Of a DNA stretch of 64,000 nucleotides, positions 12,052 to 21,882 are shown piece by piece. The position numbers were made by a program, and so were the translations under genes. The stretch covers positions 215 through 64,214 of the forward strand of contig CAYNLU010000003.1 in NCBI GenBank assembly GCA_964398205.1. Direction: 5' to 3'. Each line of letters starts with the position of its first letter. Positions within the stretch are counted from its first letter, which is position 1. Source of the stretch: an uncultured Candidatus Saccharibacteria bacterium. Lineage in GTDB: Bacteria; Patescibacteriota; Minisyncoccia; Phycocordibacterales; UBA9973. The notes beneath the pieces were generated by a model that did not search any database, was not told where the DNA came from, and saw nothing but the letters and a program-made list of their open reading frames with translations.

Positions 12052-13188
12052 TTATCTGATTACTGCATTAAATTTTGAGACAGTTTCTTCTTCTACTTTT
12101 TTGTGAAGTATTTCTATTTCTTCACTAGTTAGCGTTCTTTCGATTGAACGATATACTATATGGAAAGCATAACTCATTTTATCATTTCCAAATTTTGCGT
12201 CGTTTTCATATTTATCCATCAACGAAATTTCTTCTATCAAATCTCCCGCAAGTTCGCGAACTAAATCAAAGTAATCATTTGGCACAAAAGTTTTCGGAAC
12301 AATAAATGAAATATCTCGAGTGATAGGAGGGAATTTAGATACTTCAATAAATTTTTGACCTAAATGAAGTTGCTTTTTAACTCTTTCGTCGTCAGACCAA
12401 AGTAGGCGAATATCTGGTAAATCCATACTGATTATCGCGAGTCTTTCGAGTCCGAATCCGAAAGCCCAATTGCTCCATTCGTTAGGATCAAGCCCAAGAT
12501 TTTTAATGATTGTGTCAGTCATAATTCCGCAACCGAGTACTTCGATCCATCTACCTCCTATCTCGACTTCCATCTCGAGTGAAGGATCAGTATAAGGGAA
12601 AGTATCTTTATTGAAACGATATTTGATATCAGGTCCGAATACAGCCTTCGCGATTCCAGAAAGTACGTTTTGCAAATCCTCGATAGTTACTTCTTTTTTA
12701 CTTTTTGGTATTAGGAATCCTCCGTCCATTTGATGAAAGACGTTCATATGATTTCTATCGATTTCGTCTTTACGATAAACTTTACCAAAAGAGAAGAAAC
12801 CTAAAGTTTCTTTGTTCTCGATTTTCTTCTTGATCTCATCTTGAGTTAAATAGTAATACCACATCACAGTAGTATGAGGGCGAAGTATATATTTATCGTC
12901 AAAGAAATAAGTGTCAGAACGAGAGCGAGCAGGGTGATCAGGTGCAAAGTTATATAAATCAAAAGTTACGTCTGTAGGTACTACTTCAGGAGCTTTGATA
13001 ATATCGAAATCTTTAAAGTCCTCGATATTTAAAATACGATTTACGATTTCTCGTATAGGGGAGCCTTCGGTTCTAGATAAATCCGGCATAGATAAATACC
13101 TTTTCATTCTTAATGATTCGGTATCATTTTTATTTTCTAAACTTGCTAAAAGTTCACTTTCTTTATCTAATTTTATTTCATAATTCAT
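12052..13188 (-). CDS. pheS: phenylalanine--tRNA ligase alpha subunit
   Basis: Class II motif 3 GFGLERLAIISM, and FPYTDPSLEMEV. The track ORF extends to 13278, but the probable start is the internal Met MNYEIKLDK. No pheT is adjacent. Confidence 0.75.
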   Translation of the reverse strand: MNYEIKLDKESELLASLENKNDTESLRMKRYLSMPDLSRTEGSPIREIVNRILNIEDFKDFDIIKAPEVVPTDVTFDLYNFAPDHPARSRSDTYFFDDKYILRPHTTVMWYYYLTQDEIKKKIENKETLGFFSFGKVYRKDEIDRNHMNVFHQMDGGFLIPKSKKEVTIEDLQNVLSGIAKAVFGPDIKYRFNKDTFPYTDPSLEMEVEIGGRWIEVLGCGIMTDTIIKNLGLDPNEWSNWAFGFGLERLAIISMDLPDIRLLWSDDERVKKQLHLGQKFIEVSKFPPITRDISFIVPKTFVPNDYFDLVRELAGDLIEEISLMDKYENDAKFGNDKMSYAFHIVYRSIERTLTSEEIEILHKKVEEETVSKFNAVIR

Positions 13189-13234
13189 ATATAAAATATA
13201 ATGAAAAATAAGGTAAAAGTAAAGAGATTTGGCT

Positions 13235-13263
13235 TTGCTCGTGCTATAGATTTTTGCTATAAT
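13235..13263 (+). promoter_or_regulatory. sigma70-like promoter for gyrB (TTGCTC-17-TGcTATAAT)
   Basis: -35 ttgctc at 13235-13240, 17-nt spacer, extended -10 tgc-tataat at 13258-13263. The ATG at 13272 lies about 8 nt downstream, implying a leaderless or near-leaderless mRNA. Confidence 0.5.
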
Positions 13264-13271
13264 ATACCAAT

Positions 13272-15356
13272 ATGGCAAAAGAAAAAGAAACTAAAAAGGG
13301 AGGTTATGGCGCAGAGCAGATCTCTGTTCTTGAAGGATTAGAACCGGTTCGTAAGCGCCCGGGTATGTATATCGGTACGACTGGTCCAGATGGTATGCAT
13401 CACTTGGTTTGGGAAATATTTGATAACTCTCGTGACGAAGCTATGGGAGGGTATTGTAACGATATTGAGATTACTGTTTTGCCTGGTAATACTATTCGCG
13501 TAGTTGATAATGGTCGTGGAATTCCGACTGATGTTCACCCTAAAACTAAAGTTTCTGCTCTTGAAACTGTTATGACTACTTTGCACGCTGGAGGTAAATT
13601 CGGAGGTGAGGGTTCGGGGTATAAAGTTTCTGGAGGTTTGCACGGAGTAGGTGCTTCTGTTGTGAACGCACTTTCTATTTATTGTAAAGCCGAAGTTCAT
13701 CGTGACGGAGGTAAATTTATACAAGAGTATTCTCAAGGTAAGAAAAAGGGTGCTGTGAAAAAAGTAGGAAATTCTAAAGCTCACGGTACTATTATCACTT
13801 TTACTCCTGATGAAGAAATTTTCGGAAAAATAGTTTTTGATTGGAGTACGATTATAAATCATCTTCGTCAGCAAGCGTACCTTGTACGAGGACTTAGAAT
13901 TTCTGTGATCGATGCTCGAGAAATGGATGCGGAAGATATATTTAATAAAAAGGGTAGTTCAATGGATTTAGAGGACGTATTTTATTTCCGCGAACTTGGG
14001 CTCGAAGTTCCTTCTATTACTTACTATTTCGAAGGAGGTTTAGTTTCTCTTGTAAAATATTACAACAAGTTTCAAAAAGCAGTTCAAAATAATATTTTCT
14101 ATATTGAAAAAGAAGTTGATGGCGTGATGGTAGAGATAGCTTTGCAATACGTAGATGATATCGTAGATCGTATCTTAGCTTTTGCTAACAACATTTATAC
14201 TCCTCAAGGCGGTACTCATGTTACAGGTTTTAAGACTGCACTCACTCGTACACTCAATACTTATTGCAAGAAAAACGAAATGCTTAAAGAATCCGAAGGT
14301 GGATTTACAGGTGAAGACGTACTCGAAGGCTTAACTGCGGTTATCTCAGTTAAACTACCTGAAATTCAATTCGAAGGTCAAACTAAAGCTAAGCTCGGTA
14401 GTATGGAAGCTCAAGGTGCGACTGCAACCGTATTCGGAGAAGCTTTCGCTGCTTTTCTCGAAGAGAATCCTGATGAAGCTAAAATCATAATCAACAAATC
14501 AATCCTTGCTCTGAAGGCTCGTAAAGCTGCTAAAGCTGCGAAAGATTCAGTTTTGCGTAAAGGAGCGCTCGAAGGTATGACGCTACCTGGAAAGCTTGCT
14601 GATTGTCAAAGTAAAAGCGCAGAAGAGTCCGAGATATTCATCGTAGAGGGAGACTCTGCGGGAGGTTCCGGTAAACAAGGTCGCGATCGTCGTACTCAAG
14701 CTATACTACCTCTTCGTGGTAAAATCCTAAACGTAGAACGTGCTCGTATTGATAAAATGCTAGCCTCAAAAGAAGTTCGTGCCCTAGTCGTTGCTATGGG
14801 AACTTCTATTGGAGATACTTTTGATATTGAGAAAATCCGTTATCACAAAATAATTATCGCAACTGATGCCGACGTTGACGGAAGTCATATTCGTACTTTA
14901 TTACTTACTTTATTTTACCGTTATTTCCGTCCGGTTTTAGAAGCAGGATACGTATATATTGCTCAACCTCCACTTTATAAAATTAAAAAAGGTAAAGAAA
15001 CTCATTATGCTTATTCAGATGAAGAGAGAAATAAAATCATCGGTAAAGAAGTAGATATTACAGAAATCCAAGATGAACCAGATGGAGAAGAAAAAGAAGG
15101 CGAAGAAGAGAATGAAGAGGAAACAAAGAAGAAATCAACTAAATTCCACATCCAAAGATATAAAGGTCTCGGAGAGATGAACCCTGAAGAATTATGGGAA
15201 ACCACTATGGATCCTAAACGTCGTGTATTAAAGAGAGTAGATATTACCGACGCCGAAGAAGCAAATAAAGTTTTCGATATCCTTATGGGTAGCGAAGTCC
15301 CACCTCGTAAATCCTTCATACAATCAAATGCAAAATTAGCTGAGATTGATATCTAG
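13272..15356 (+). CDS. gyrB: DNA gyrase subunit B (type IIA topoisomerase ATPase subunit)
   Basis: GHKL ATPase, EGDSAGGS, PLRGKILNVE and TOPRIM motifs. Acidic insertion (EPDGEEKEGEEENEEE) before the C-terminal tail. GyrB versus ParE cannot be fully excluded. Confidence 0.8.
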   Translation: MAKEKETKKGGYGAEQISVLEGLEPVRKRPGMYIGTTGPDGMHHLVWEIFDNSRDEAMGGYCNDIEITVLPGNTIRVVDNGRGIPTDVHPKTKVSALETVMTTLHAGGKFGGEGSGYKVSGGLHGVGASVVNALSIYCKAEVHRDGGKFIQEYSQGKKKGAVKKVGNSKAHGTIITFTPDEEIFGKIVFDWSTIINHLRQQAYLVRGLRISVIDAREMDAEDIFNKKGSSMDLEDVFYFRELGLEVPSITYYFEGGLVSLVKYYNKFQKAVQNNIFYIEKEVDGVMVEIALQYVDDIVDRILAFANNIYTPQGGTHVTGFKTALTRTLNTYCKKNEMLKESEGGFTGEDVLEGLTAVISVKLPEIQFEGQTKAKLGSMEAQGATATVFGEAFAAFLEENPDEAKIIINKSILALKARKAAKAAKDSVLRKGALEGMTLPGKLADCQSKSAEESEIFIVEGDSAGGSGKQGRDRRTQAILPLRGKILNVERARIDKMLASKEVRALVVAMGTSIGDTFDIEKIRYHKIIIATDADVDGSHIRTLLLTLFYRYFRPVLEAGYVYIAQPPLYKIKKGKETHYAYSDEERNKIIGKEVDITEIQDEPDGEEKEGEEENEEETKKKSTKFHIQRYKGLGEMNPEELWETTMDPKRRVLKRVDITDAEEANKVFDILMGSEVPPRKSFIQSNAKLAEIDI

Positions 15357-15363
15357 ATAAATT

Positions 15364-15392
15364 AAAAAAGAGAGCAATTAGCTCTCTTTTTT
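15364..15392 (+). terminator. intrinsic terminator after gyrB
   Basis: Hairpin gagagc-aatta-gctctc followed by T6. Confidence 0.6.
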
Positions 15393-15460
15393 AATTCTTG
15401 CTATTTTTTAGAAAAATGTTATTGTTTTAGGGAATATTTGTTAACCTAAAAATTCAGATT

Positions 15461-15787
15461 ATGGATAATAGTATTGAGAATCAGCTCTTTTTAGAAAATT
15501 TGTTTCTTGAAGCATATAATAAAGGATTAAATAATATTTCAGATTTTGAAGCAGAAATTGATAAGATTTCTGATAATATCGTAAGAACTGTTTGCAAAGA
15601 AGTTTATCTTTGTGGTAAATATAATTGTAAACATTCTAAGGTTTCAGAGGAAGAAAAAAAGAGGATTCACTGGGTCCTGGTTAGTCCTGAAGATGCCGTA
15701 AAGTTCGGTATTGAAGAAATAAAAAGACTTCAAAGAAAAAAAGAAAAAGAAAAAAACTCACGCATTGTGCAAAGTTTTTTTTGGTAA
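15461..15787 (+). CDS. hypothetical protein
   Basis: 108-aa ORF with a Cys-containing segment (CKEVYLCGKYNCKH). No recognisable domain. Confidence 0.35.
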   Translation: MDNSIENQLFLENLFLEAYNKGLNNISDFEAEIDKISDNIVRTVCKEVYLCGKYNCKHSKVSEEEKKRIHWVLVSPEDAVKFGIEEIKRLQRKKEKEKNSRIVQSFFW

Positions 15788-15831
15788 AAAATAAAAGAAA
15801 AAAGATTTGATTGAAAAAATGTGAATGTTGA

Positions 15832-15858
15832 GGGTGGAATTTATTTCCACCCTTTTTT
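15832..15858. terminator. bidirectional terminator between convergent genes
   Basis: Hairpin gggtggaa..ttccaccc with T-runs on both strands. Sits between the + ORF and thrS (-). Confidence 0.55.
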
Positions 15859-17608
15859 AATTCAAAATCTTTTCTTTTATTTCTGTTTCGAGTTTTAGGG
15901 TAAAGTCAGTTTTACTTATAACTTCTTTTGAGTTGTCACGTTTTTCGATAGTTAAGTTTCCAGTTTCGATTTCCTTATCACCGAGAACTATTGTATAAGG
16001 TATTAATTCTTTTTTAGCTTCATGAATTCTTTTACCTAGAGAATTCGAATCCGCTCTAAGGACTTTAACTCTTATGCCTAGAGTTTTTAATTCTTCCTTA
16101 AATTTATTTGCTTCTTCTTCGTGATTCTCTCTCACTGGTACGAGTGCGATTTGAATAGGGGAAAGCCAAAGCGGAAAAGCTCCTGCAAGGTGTTCTATTA
16201 AAGTAGCGCTAAAACGTTCAATGGAACCCATTATTGCTGCGTGAATCATAACTACTTGTTCTTTTTCTCCACGTTCATTAGTACAAACTAACCCGAAGTT
16301 TTTAGGTTGATTAAAATCAAGTTGGATAGTTGCGACTTGTAATACTCTACCGATAGAATCGTGAGATATGAAGTCTATCTTTGGTCCATAGAAAGCTGCT
16401 TCACCTGTACCGTCGAGCCAAGTTATACCTTTTTGCTTCATTAGATTCTCTAGTGCGCCTTCAGCTTTACTCCACATTTCGTCAGTACCTAAATACTTTT
16501 CTCTTTGTTTAGGGTCGTGAGTAGAGAAACGAACTTCTAGTTTGAATCCAAAAGTAGAATAGAATTTTTCAATAATATCCCAAATAGCGAGTGCTTCAGT
16601 TTCGATTTGATTCTCGCGACAAAATACGTGAGCGTCATCTTGAGTTATTGATAAAACTCTAGAAAGTCCTGAAAGTTCTCCGGATTGCTCGTCTCTATAT
16701 ACAGTAGTAGTCTCAGCGTAACGTTGAGGCATATCACGATAACTACGAGGCTCCGAGTCAAAGATTTGAGTATGATGAGGGCAATTCATAGGCTTCATAG
16801 CATAAAGGTGCTTTTCACGAGTTTCAATTTTAAAAAGATCTTCGGCGTATTTTGCCCAGTGTCCAGAAGTTTCGTATAGTTCCTTTTTAGTAATATGAGG
16901 AATAAAAACTTTTTCATATCCGCGAGCCTTACGTAGTTCCCAAACGTAATCATTTAAAAGCTCGCGCAAAATAGTACCCTTTGGAGTCCAGAGGGGAAGT
17001 CCTGGTCCAACTAATTCTGAAAAAGTAAAAAGCCCTAATTCTTTACCGATTTTTTTATGATCTCTTTTTCGTGCTTCTTCTCTCATATTTGTATAACTTT
17101 CTAATTCTTCGCTAGTTTCGAATGCGAGTCCGTATATACGAGTAAGCATTTTGTTTTTTTCATCTCCTCTCCAGTATGCTCCCGCAACTCTATCTAGTTT
17201 AAATGAATCGATATTGATTTCTTTGTTTGGGTTTTCTAAATGACCTCCGCGACAAAGATCAGTAAAATTTCCGCAAGTATAAAAAGTAATTTTCTCACCT
17301 TTCTCAACTATTTCATCTATAAGTTCTAATTTATAAGGATTATCTTTAAAATACTCTTTTGCTTCTTCTTTAGTGACTTCTCTATGAGTAAATTCATTCC
17401 AGGATTTTAAATTCTCATGCATTTTTTTCTCAATTTTTGAAAGCTCGTTTTCGGAAAGAGGGGAGGTAAATTCAAAATCATAATAAAACCCGTTTTCTAT
17501 CGCTGGACCTATTGTGTTCTTAGTATTTGGATAAAGTTCTAATACTGCACTTGCGAGCAAGTGAGCTAAAGTGTGCCTTTTGTGTTCTAAATTGATTTTG
17601 TTTTCCAT
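15857..17608 (-). CDS. thrS: threonine--tRNA ligase
   Basis: Begins with the second additional domain (HKRHTLAHLLASAV), followed by the class II catalytic core and a C-terminal anticodon-binding domain. 583 aa; lacks the N-terminal TGS domain. Confidence 0.85.
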   Translation of the reverse strand: MENKINLEHKRHTLAHLLASAVLELYPNTKNTIGPAIENGFYYDFEFTSPLSENELSKIEKKMHENLKSWNEFTHREVTKEEAKEYFKDNPYKLELIDEIVEKGEKITFYTCGNFTDLCRGGHLENPNKEINIDSFKLDRVAGAYWRGDEKNKMLTRIYGLAFETSEELESYTNMREEARKRDHKKIGKELGLFTFSELVGPGLPLWTPKGTILRELLNDYVWELRKARGYEKVFIPHITKKELYETSGHWAKYAEDLFKIETREKHLYAMKPMNCPHHTQIFDSEPRSYRDMPQRYAETTTVYRDEQSGELSGLSRVLSITQDDAHVFCRENQIETEALAIWDIIEKFYSTFGFKLEVRFSTHDPKQREKYLGTDEMWSKAEGALENLMKQKGITWLDGTGEAAFYGPKIDFISHDSIGRVLQVATIQLDFNQPKNFGLVCTNERGEKEQVVMIHAAIMGSIERFSATLIEHLAGAFPLWLSPIQIALVPVRENHEEEANKFKEELKTLGIRVKVLRADSNSLGKRIHEAKKELIPYTIVLGDKEIETGNLTIEKRDNSKEVISKTDFTLKLETEIKEKILN

Positions 17609-17700
17609 ACTTTAAATATTAGCACATTTTTGCTTTATGACTAGTATATTTTTGCAATTTTTAGCTAATTATGATAGTATTAATCATTATGGTTATAAGA

Positions 17701-17898
17701 ATGAGACACACAAAAGGGCATACAGGTAACCGCCGAAGTCACCATGCTCTAAAAGGTACTAAATTTACAAAATGCAGTAATTGTAATTCTGCGAAGCTTC
17801 CTCATACAGTTTGTAAAAACTGCGGAATGTATCGTGGTAAAAAAGTAGTAAGTAAAGTATCAAAAATAGAAAAGAAACAAAAGAAAGCTAAGAATTAA
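17701..17898 (+). CDS. rpmF: 50S ribosomal protein L32
   Basis: MRHTKGHTGNRRSHHALK... with a CxxC...CxxC zinc ribbon. The track ORF starts 30 nt upstream at a hydrophobic run that is probably not translated. Confidence 0.7.
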   Translation: MRHTKGHTGNRRSHHALKGTKFTKCSNCNSAKLPHTVCKNCGMYRGKKVVSKVSKIEKKQKKAKN

Positions 17899-17963
17899 TT
17901 TTAATATTATTTTTAGAGTAATTTTTTTGCTAATTTTCTGAATTTAGCTTAATTTTAAATATT

Positions 17964-18887
17964 ATGGCAAACAGGCACCTTTCAAGATCAATAGTTCTTC
18001 AAACTCTCTTTGAGTGGGATTTTAATCTGACCAAAGAAGGTAAGGAATTTTCTCGAGAAGAAGTTGATGCTATTTTGAAAAGAAACCTAAATGAATTTGC
18101 TCCTGGGCTCGAAGATGATATTTTCGTGGCCTCTTTACTTGATTCTATTTTTAAGAAAAAAGTTGTTTTAGATGAAATTATTACTAAAGCTGCCCCTGAA
18201 TGGCCGGTTGAGAAAATATCATTAGTAGATCGTAATATTTTACGTATCGGTCTTTCTGAACTTTTGTTTGGAGATAGACGCGACGTACCTCCCAAGGTTG
18301 CGATAAATGAATCTATAGAACTCGCAAAGACTTTTGGTGGAGAGAATTCTTCTAAATTTGTGAACGGAGTATTAGGTGCAGTTTATAAAGAAATAGGCGA
18401 GCCTGGAAAAGAAGAAGTCAGTAAAAAGAAAAAGGTTGAAGAACCAATAGACCCAAGTACTTTACCTAAAGAAAAATTAGGTGGAGCTTTAGTTTATTCT
18501 ATCAAAGATGGTCAAATTTATTTTGGTTTAGTTCATGACGTTTTTGGATATTGGACGCTATCTAAAGGCAAGATCGAGGCAGAAGAAAACGTAGAAGAAG
18601 GCACTAAAAGAGAAATAAAAGAAGAAATAGGGCTTGATATAGATATTATTACCAAGTTGGGTGAGAATGAATATATTGCTACTCATCCAGAACGAGGGAA
18701 AACCGTTAAAAATGTTTCTTATTTTTTAGCTAAATCAGAATACAAAGAATTGGTTTTAGAAAAATCAGGTGGTTTGGACGGTGCGAAATGGTTTCGTTTA
18801 ACTGAAATTCCTGAACTTAGAATTTACAATGATATTGTGCCTTTACTTGCAAAAGCTGTAGAAATTATAAATAAAGATATGAAATAA
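17964..18887 (+). CDS. nusB: transcription antitermination factor NusB fused to a C-terminal NUDIX hydrolase domain
   Basis: N-terminal NusB-like region (MANRHLSRSIVLQTLFEWDF...). C-terminal Nudix box GKIEAEENVEEGTKREIKEEIGL (Gx5Ex7REUxEExGU). Confidence 0.65.
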   Translation: MANRHLSRSIVLQTLFEWDFNLTKEGKEFSREEVDAILKRNLNEFAPGLEDDIFVASLLDSIFKKKVVLDEIITKAAPEWPVEKISLVDRNILRIGLSELLFGDRRDVPPKVAINESIELAKTFGGENSSKFVNGVLGAVYKEIGEPGKEEVSKKKKVEEPIDPSTLPKEKLGGALVYSIKDGQIYFGLVHDVFGYWTLSKGKIEAEENVEEGTKREIKEEIGLDIDIITKLGENEYIATHPERGKTVKNVSYFLAKSEYKELVLEKSGGLDGAKWFRLTEIPELRIYNDIVPLLAKAVEIINKDMK

Positions 18888-19582
18888 TGATTGATTTTAA
18901 TTTATTTGAAGAAAAAACAAAAATAAATTTTTTGAATAAAGATTTGCTTATGCAGGCTTTTATTCATCGCTCTTATATTAATGAAAATCCTAAAATCGGA
19001 CTTTCTCACAATGAAAGACTAGAATTTTTAGGAGATGCTGTGCTCGAATTAGTAGTTACAGATTTTTTGTATAAAAAATATATTAATCACAATGAAGGTG
19101 AACTTACTGCAATCCGTAGTGCTTTAGTGAATGCTGTTATTATTGCTGACGTTGCGAGCCGTATTGGTATGAATGATTTCCTTCTTTTATCTAAAGGTGA
19201 AATGAAAGATACTGGTAAAGCTCGTCAATATATATTAGCGAATACTTACGAAGCTTATCTTGGAGCATTATACTTAGATCAAGGTTATGATAAAACTAAA
19301 ACTTTTATCGAAGATACTTTGCTTATCCATACTGATGAAATCGTAAACAAAAAGCTTTGGCGTGATGCGAAAAGTTTAGTTCAAGAAAAAGCTCAAGAAT
19401 TTTTAGCAGTTACGCCTTCTTATAAGGTTATCAGTGAATCAGGTCCTGATCATGATAAATATTTTACTATAGGAATTTATTTCGGTGGAGAATTGGCTGG
19501 GCAAGGTAAAGGTGGATCTAAACAAGAAGCCGAGCAAGCTGCTGCATTGTCTGCTTTAAAAAATAATCGTTGGATAGATTAA
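18887..19582 (+). CDS. rnc: ribonuclease III
   Basis: Signature ERLEFLGDAVL and a C-terminal dsRBD. Confidence 0.85.
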   Translation: MIDFNLFEEKTKINFLNKDLLMQAFIHRSYINENPKIGLSHNERLEFLGDAVLELVVTDFLYKKYINHNEGELTAIRSALVNAVIIADVASRIGMNDFLLLSKGEMKDTGKARQYILANTYEAYLGALYLDQGYDKTKTFIEDTLLIHTDEIVNKKLWRDAKSLVQEKAQEFLAVTPSYKVISESGPDHDKYFTIGIYFGGELAGQGKGGSKQEAEQAAALSALKNNRWID

Positions 19583-19583
19583 T

Positions 19584-21818
19584 ATGCGACTACTTAATTT
19601 AGAAATTAATGGTTTCAAATCTTTCGCCAAAAAAACAAATTTAGAATTTCATCATAGAATCGTTTCTATTGTTGGACCTAATGGCTCAGGTAAAAGTAAC
19701 GTAGTAGAAGCTTTTCGTTTTGTACTTGGTGAGCAAAGTATGAAATCTATGCGTGGTAAAGGAGGTTCGGATTTGATTTTTAAAGGTTCTAAAAATTTAC
19801 CAAAAGGTAGTATCGCAAGCGTAACTATTTATTTTGATAATAAAGATAGAGTTTTTAAATTAAGTAATGATAATGGTGAAGATATTAATCTAAACTTCGA
19901 TACTATTTCTATAACCCGTAGTGTTTATTCTGACGGTCTTAATAAATATTTATTAAATAATTCTGAAGTACGGTTAAAAGATATAAATAATCTTTTGTCT
20001 TCTCTTAATATTGGTTCTTCGGGACATCATATAATTTCTCAAGGTGAAGCAGATAGAATTTTGAATGCAAATCTTAGAGAAAAAAGAGAAATGATAGAAG
20101 ACGCTCTAGGGCTTAAAGTTTTTCAATATAAGATTCGTGAAGCAGAGCGTAAAATGCTTCGTGCTAACGAGAACCTAAAAGAAGTTATAATGCTTAAACG
20201 TGAGAATTTACCTCACTTAAGCTTCTTGAAACGTCAGATAGAAAAATTTGAAAAAATGAAAGAGCTTAAAATTGAGCTTACTAATTTATATAATCAATAT
20301 TTAAAAAATCAAAGTATTTATCTAGAAGAGGAGAAAAATGCTCTTTTGCCCGAACGTGAAAATTTGAAAAGAGAATTAGAAAGATTAGATATATTAATTC
20401 GCGAAAATACTGTAGAAGATAATAATGAAAATAATCCGAAACTTATAGAATTAAATAAATATGAAAATGATATTTCTAATTTACGTCGGCTTAAAGGAGA
20501 AATCGATAGAAAATTAGGTAGAATTGAAGGTATCATTGAAGCTCGCAAATGGAAAGTTGATAAAAGAGAAGAAGTTAGAATTTTTGATGAAAAAGAACTA
20601 ACTGTTCTTGTAAATCAAGTTGATAATTCTATTGATGAAATTCTTAAATTAGATGATTTAAGTAGAATTAAAAATAATTTAATAAATATTAAAGATATTT
20701 TACATAAGTTTTTAAACAGTGATGAAAATCCTAAAGTAGATATTAATTTTGAGAATGAAACCGAAGCATTAGAAAAGAGCAAAGAAGAAATAAGCTTACA
20801 AATGACTTCTGTTTTAGAAGAAGAAGAAAGACTTTTAGCTCAAATTCAAATATTGAAAAAAGAGTTAGCCCTCGAAGTAGAACAAAGTCGCGACAAAGAA
20901 CGAGAAAGATTTTCTCTACGAGTATCTCACCAAGAAGTGAATTCTAAATTATCTTTGATTAATGTAAAACTCGAAAACTTAAGTCGAGAGATAGATATTT
21001 TTAATGAAGAAATAAGAGAAGGTGAAGCTCTAATAGGGGAAATTATTCATGAGTATAAAAATATTGAAGCCTCTTTACCTGTTAATAAAGAGCATCAAGA
21101 AGAATTAAAACGAAGTATTGAGAGAATCAAAATCAAGCTTGAGGATAGCGGGCTTTCTAATATGGCTGATATTGAAAAAGAATATGAAGAAGTTAATAAT
21201 CGCGATTTATTCTTGGCTCGTGAAATTGAAGATATTTCTACTAGTATTACTTCACTTGAGCAATTGATTTTAGATTTGAAAAATAAAATTGATATTGAAT
21301 TTAAATCCGGAGTTTCAAAAATTAATGAAAAGTTTAATGAGTTTTTCGCTATTATGTTCGGCGGAGGTTATGCAAAACTAGCTATCACTGAAGAAGTAAA
21401 AAAGAAAAAGATTAAAGACGATGAAGAAGGATTAGAAAATACAGAAGAAGAGGAGGAAATCGAAGAGGGTATTGATATAGACGTATCTTTGCCTCATAAA
21501 AAAGTTAAAGAACTTCATTCTCTTTCAGGAGGAGAAAGGTCTTTGACTTCTATCGCACTGCTTTTCGCTATGTCTTCCGTGAATCCGCCTCCTTTTTTAA
21601 TCCTTGATGAGACCGACGCTGCGCTCGACGAAGCGAATTCCCGCCGTTATGGAGATATGCTAGAACGCTTAGGAGAGAAATCTCAACTTATAGTAGTTAC
21701 TCATAATCGTGAGACTATGTCTCGCGCAGGTATACTTTATGGAGTAACCGTAGGGGGAGATGGAGCATCAAAACTCCTATCTATTAAATTCGAAGAAGCG
21801 CAAGCTATTGCAAAATAA
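19584..21818 (+). CDS. smc: SMC-family chromosome segregation ATPase (short form)
   Basis: N-terminal INGFKSF..GPNGSGKSN Walker A, long coiled coil, and C-terminal LSGGERSLTSIALLFA / LILDETDAALD signature and Walker B. Only 744 aa; no obvious hinge. Confidence 0.6.
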   Translation: MRLLNLEINGFKSFAKKTNLEFHHRIVSIVGPNGSGKSNVVEAFRFVLGEQSMKSMRGKGGSDLIFKGSKNLPKGSIASVTIYFDNKDRVFKLSNDNGEDINLNFDTISITRSVYSDGLNKYLLNNSEVRLKDINNLLSSLNIGSSGHHIISQGEADRILNANLREKREMIEDALGLKVFQYKIREAERKMLRANENLKEVIMLKRENLPHLSFLKRQIEKFEKMKELKIELTNLYNQYLKNQSIYLEEEKNALLPERENLKRELERLDILIRENTVEDNNENNPKLIELNKYENDISNLRRLKGEIDRKLGRIEGIIEARKWKVDKREEVRIFDEKELTVLVNQVDNSIDEILKLDDLSRIKNNLINIKDILHKFLNSDENPKVDINFENETEALEKSKEEISLQMTSVLEEEERLLAQIQILKKELALEVEQSRDKERERFSLRVSHQEVNSKLSLINVKLENLSREIDIFNEEIREGEALIGEIIHEYKNIEASLPVNKEHQEELKRSIERIKIKLEDSGLSNMADIEKEYEEVNNRDLFLAREIEDISTSITSLEQLILDLKNKIDIEFKSGVSKINEKFNEFFAIMFGGGYAKLAITEEVKKKKIKDDEEGLENTEEEEEIEEGIDIDVSLPHKKVKELHSLSGGERSLTSIALLFAMSSVNPPPFLILDETDAALDEANSRRYGDMLERLGEKSQLIVVTHNRETMSRAGILYGVTVGGDGASKLLSIKFEEAQAIAK

Positions 21819-21882
21819 ATTTTAAAGTTGTATTCTAATTTTAGATGACAATTTTGTCCTTTAACTTTTAAATAATTTACTC

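Noticed and set aside
11136-15319. Minus-strand ORFs inside trhO and gyrB (127, 178, 102 aa) and + ORF inside pheS (62 aa)
   Set aside because: Antisense shadow ORFs within conserved genes; low-complexity translations.
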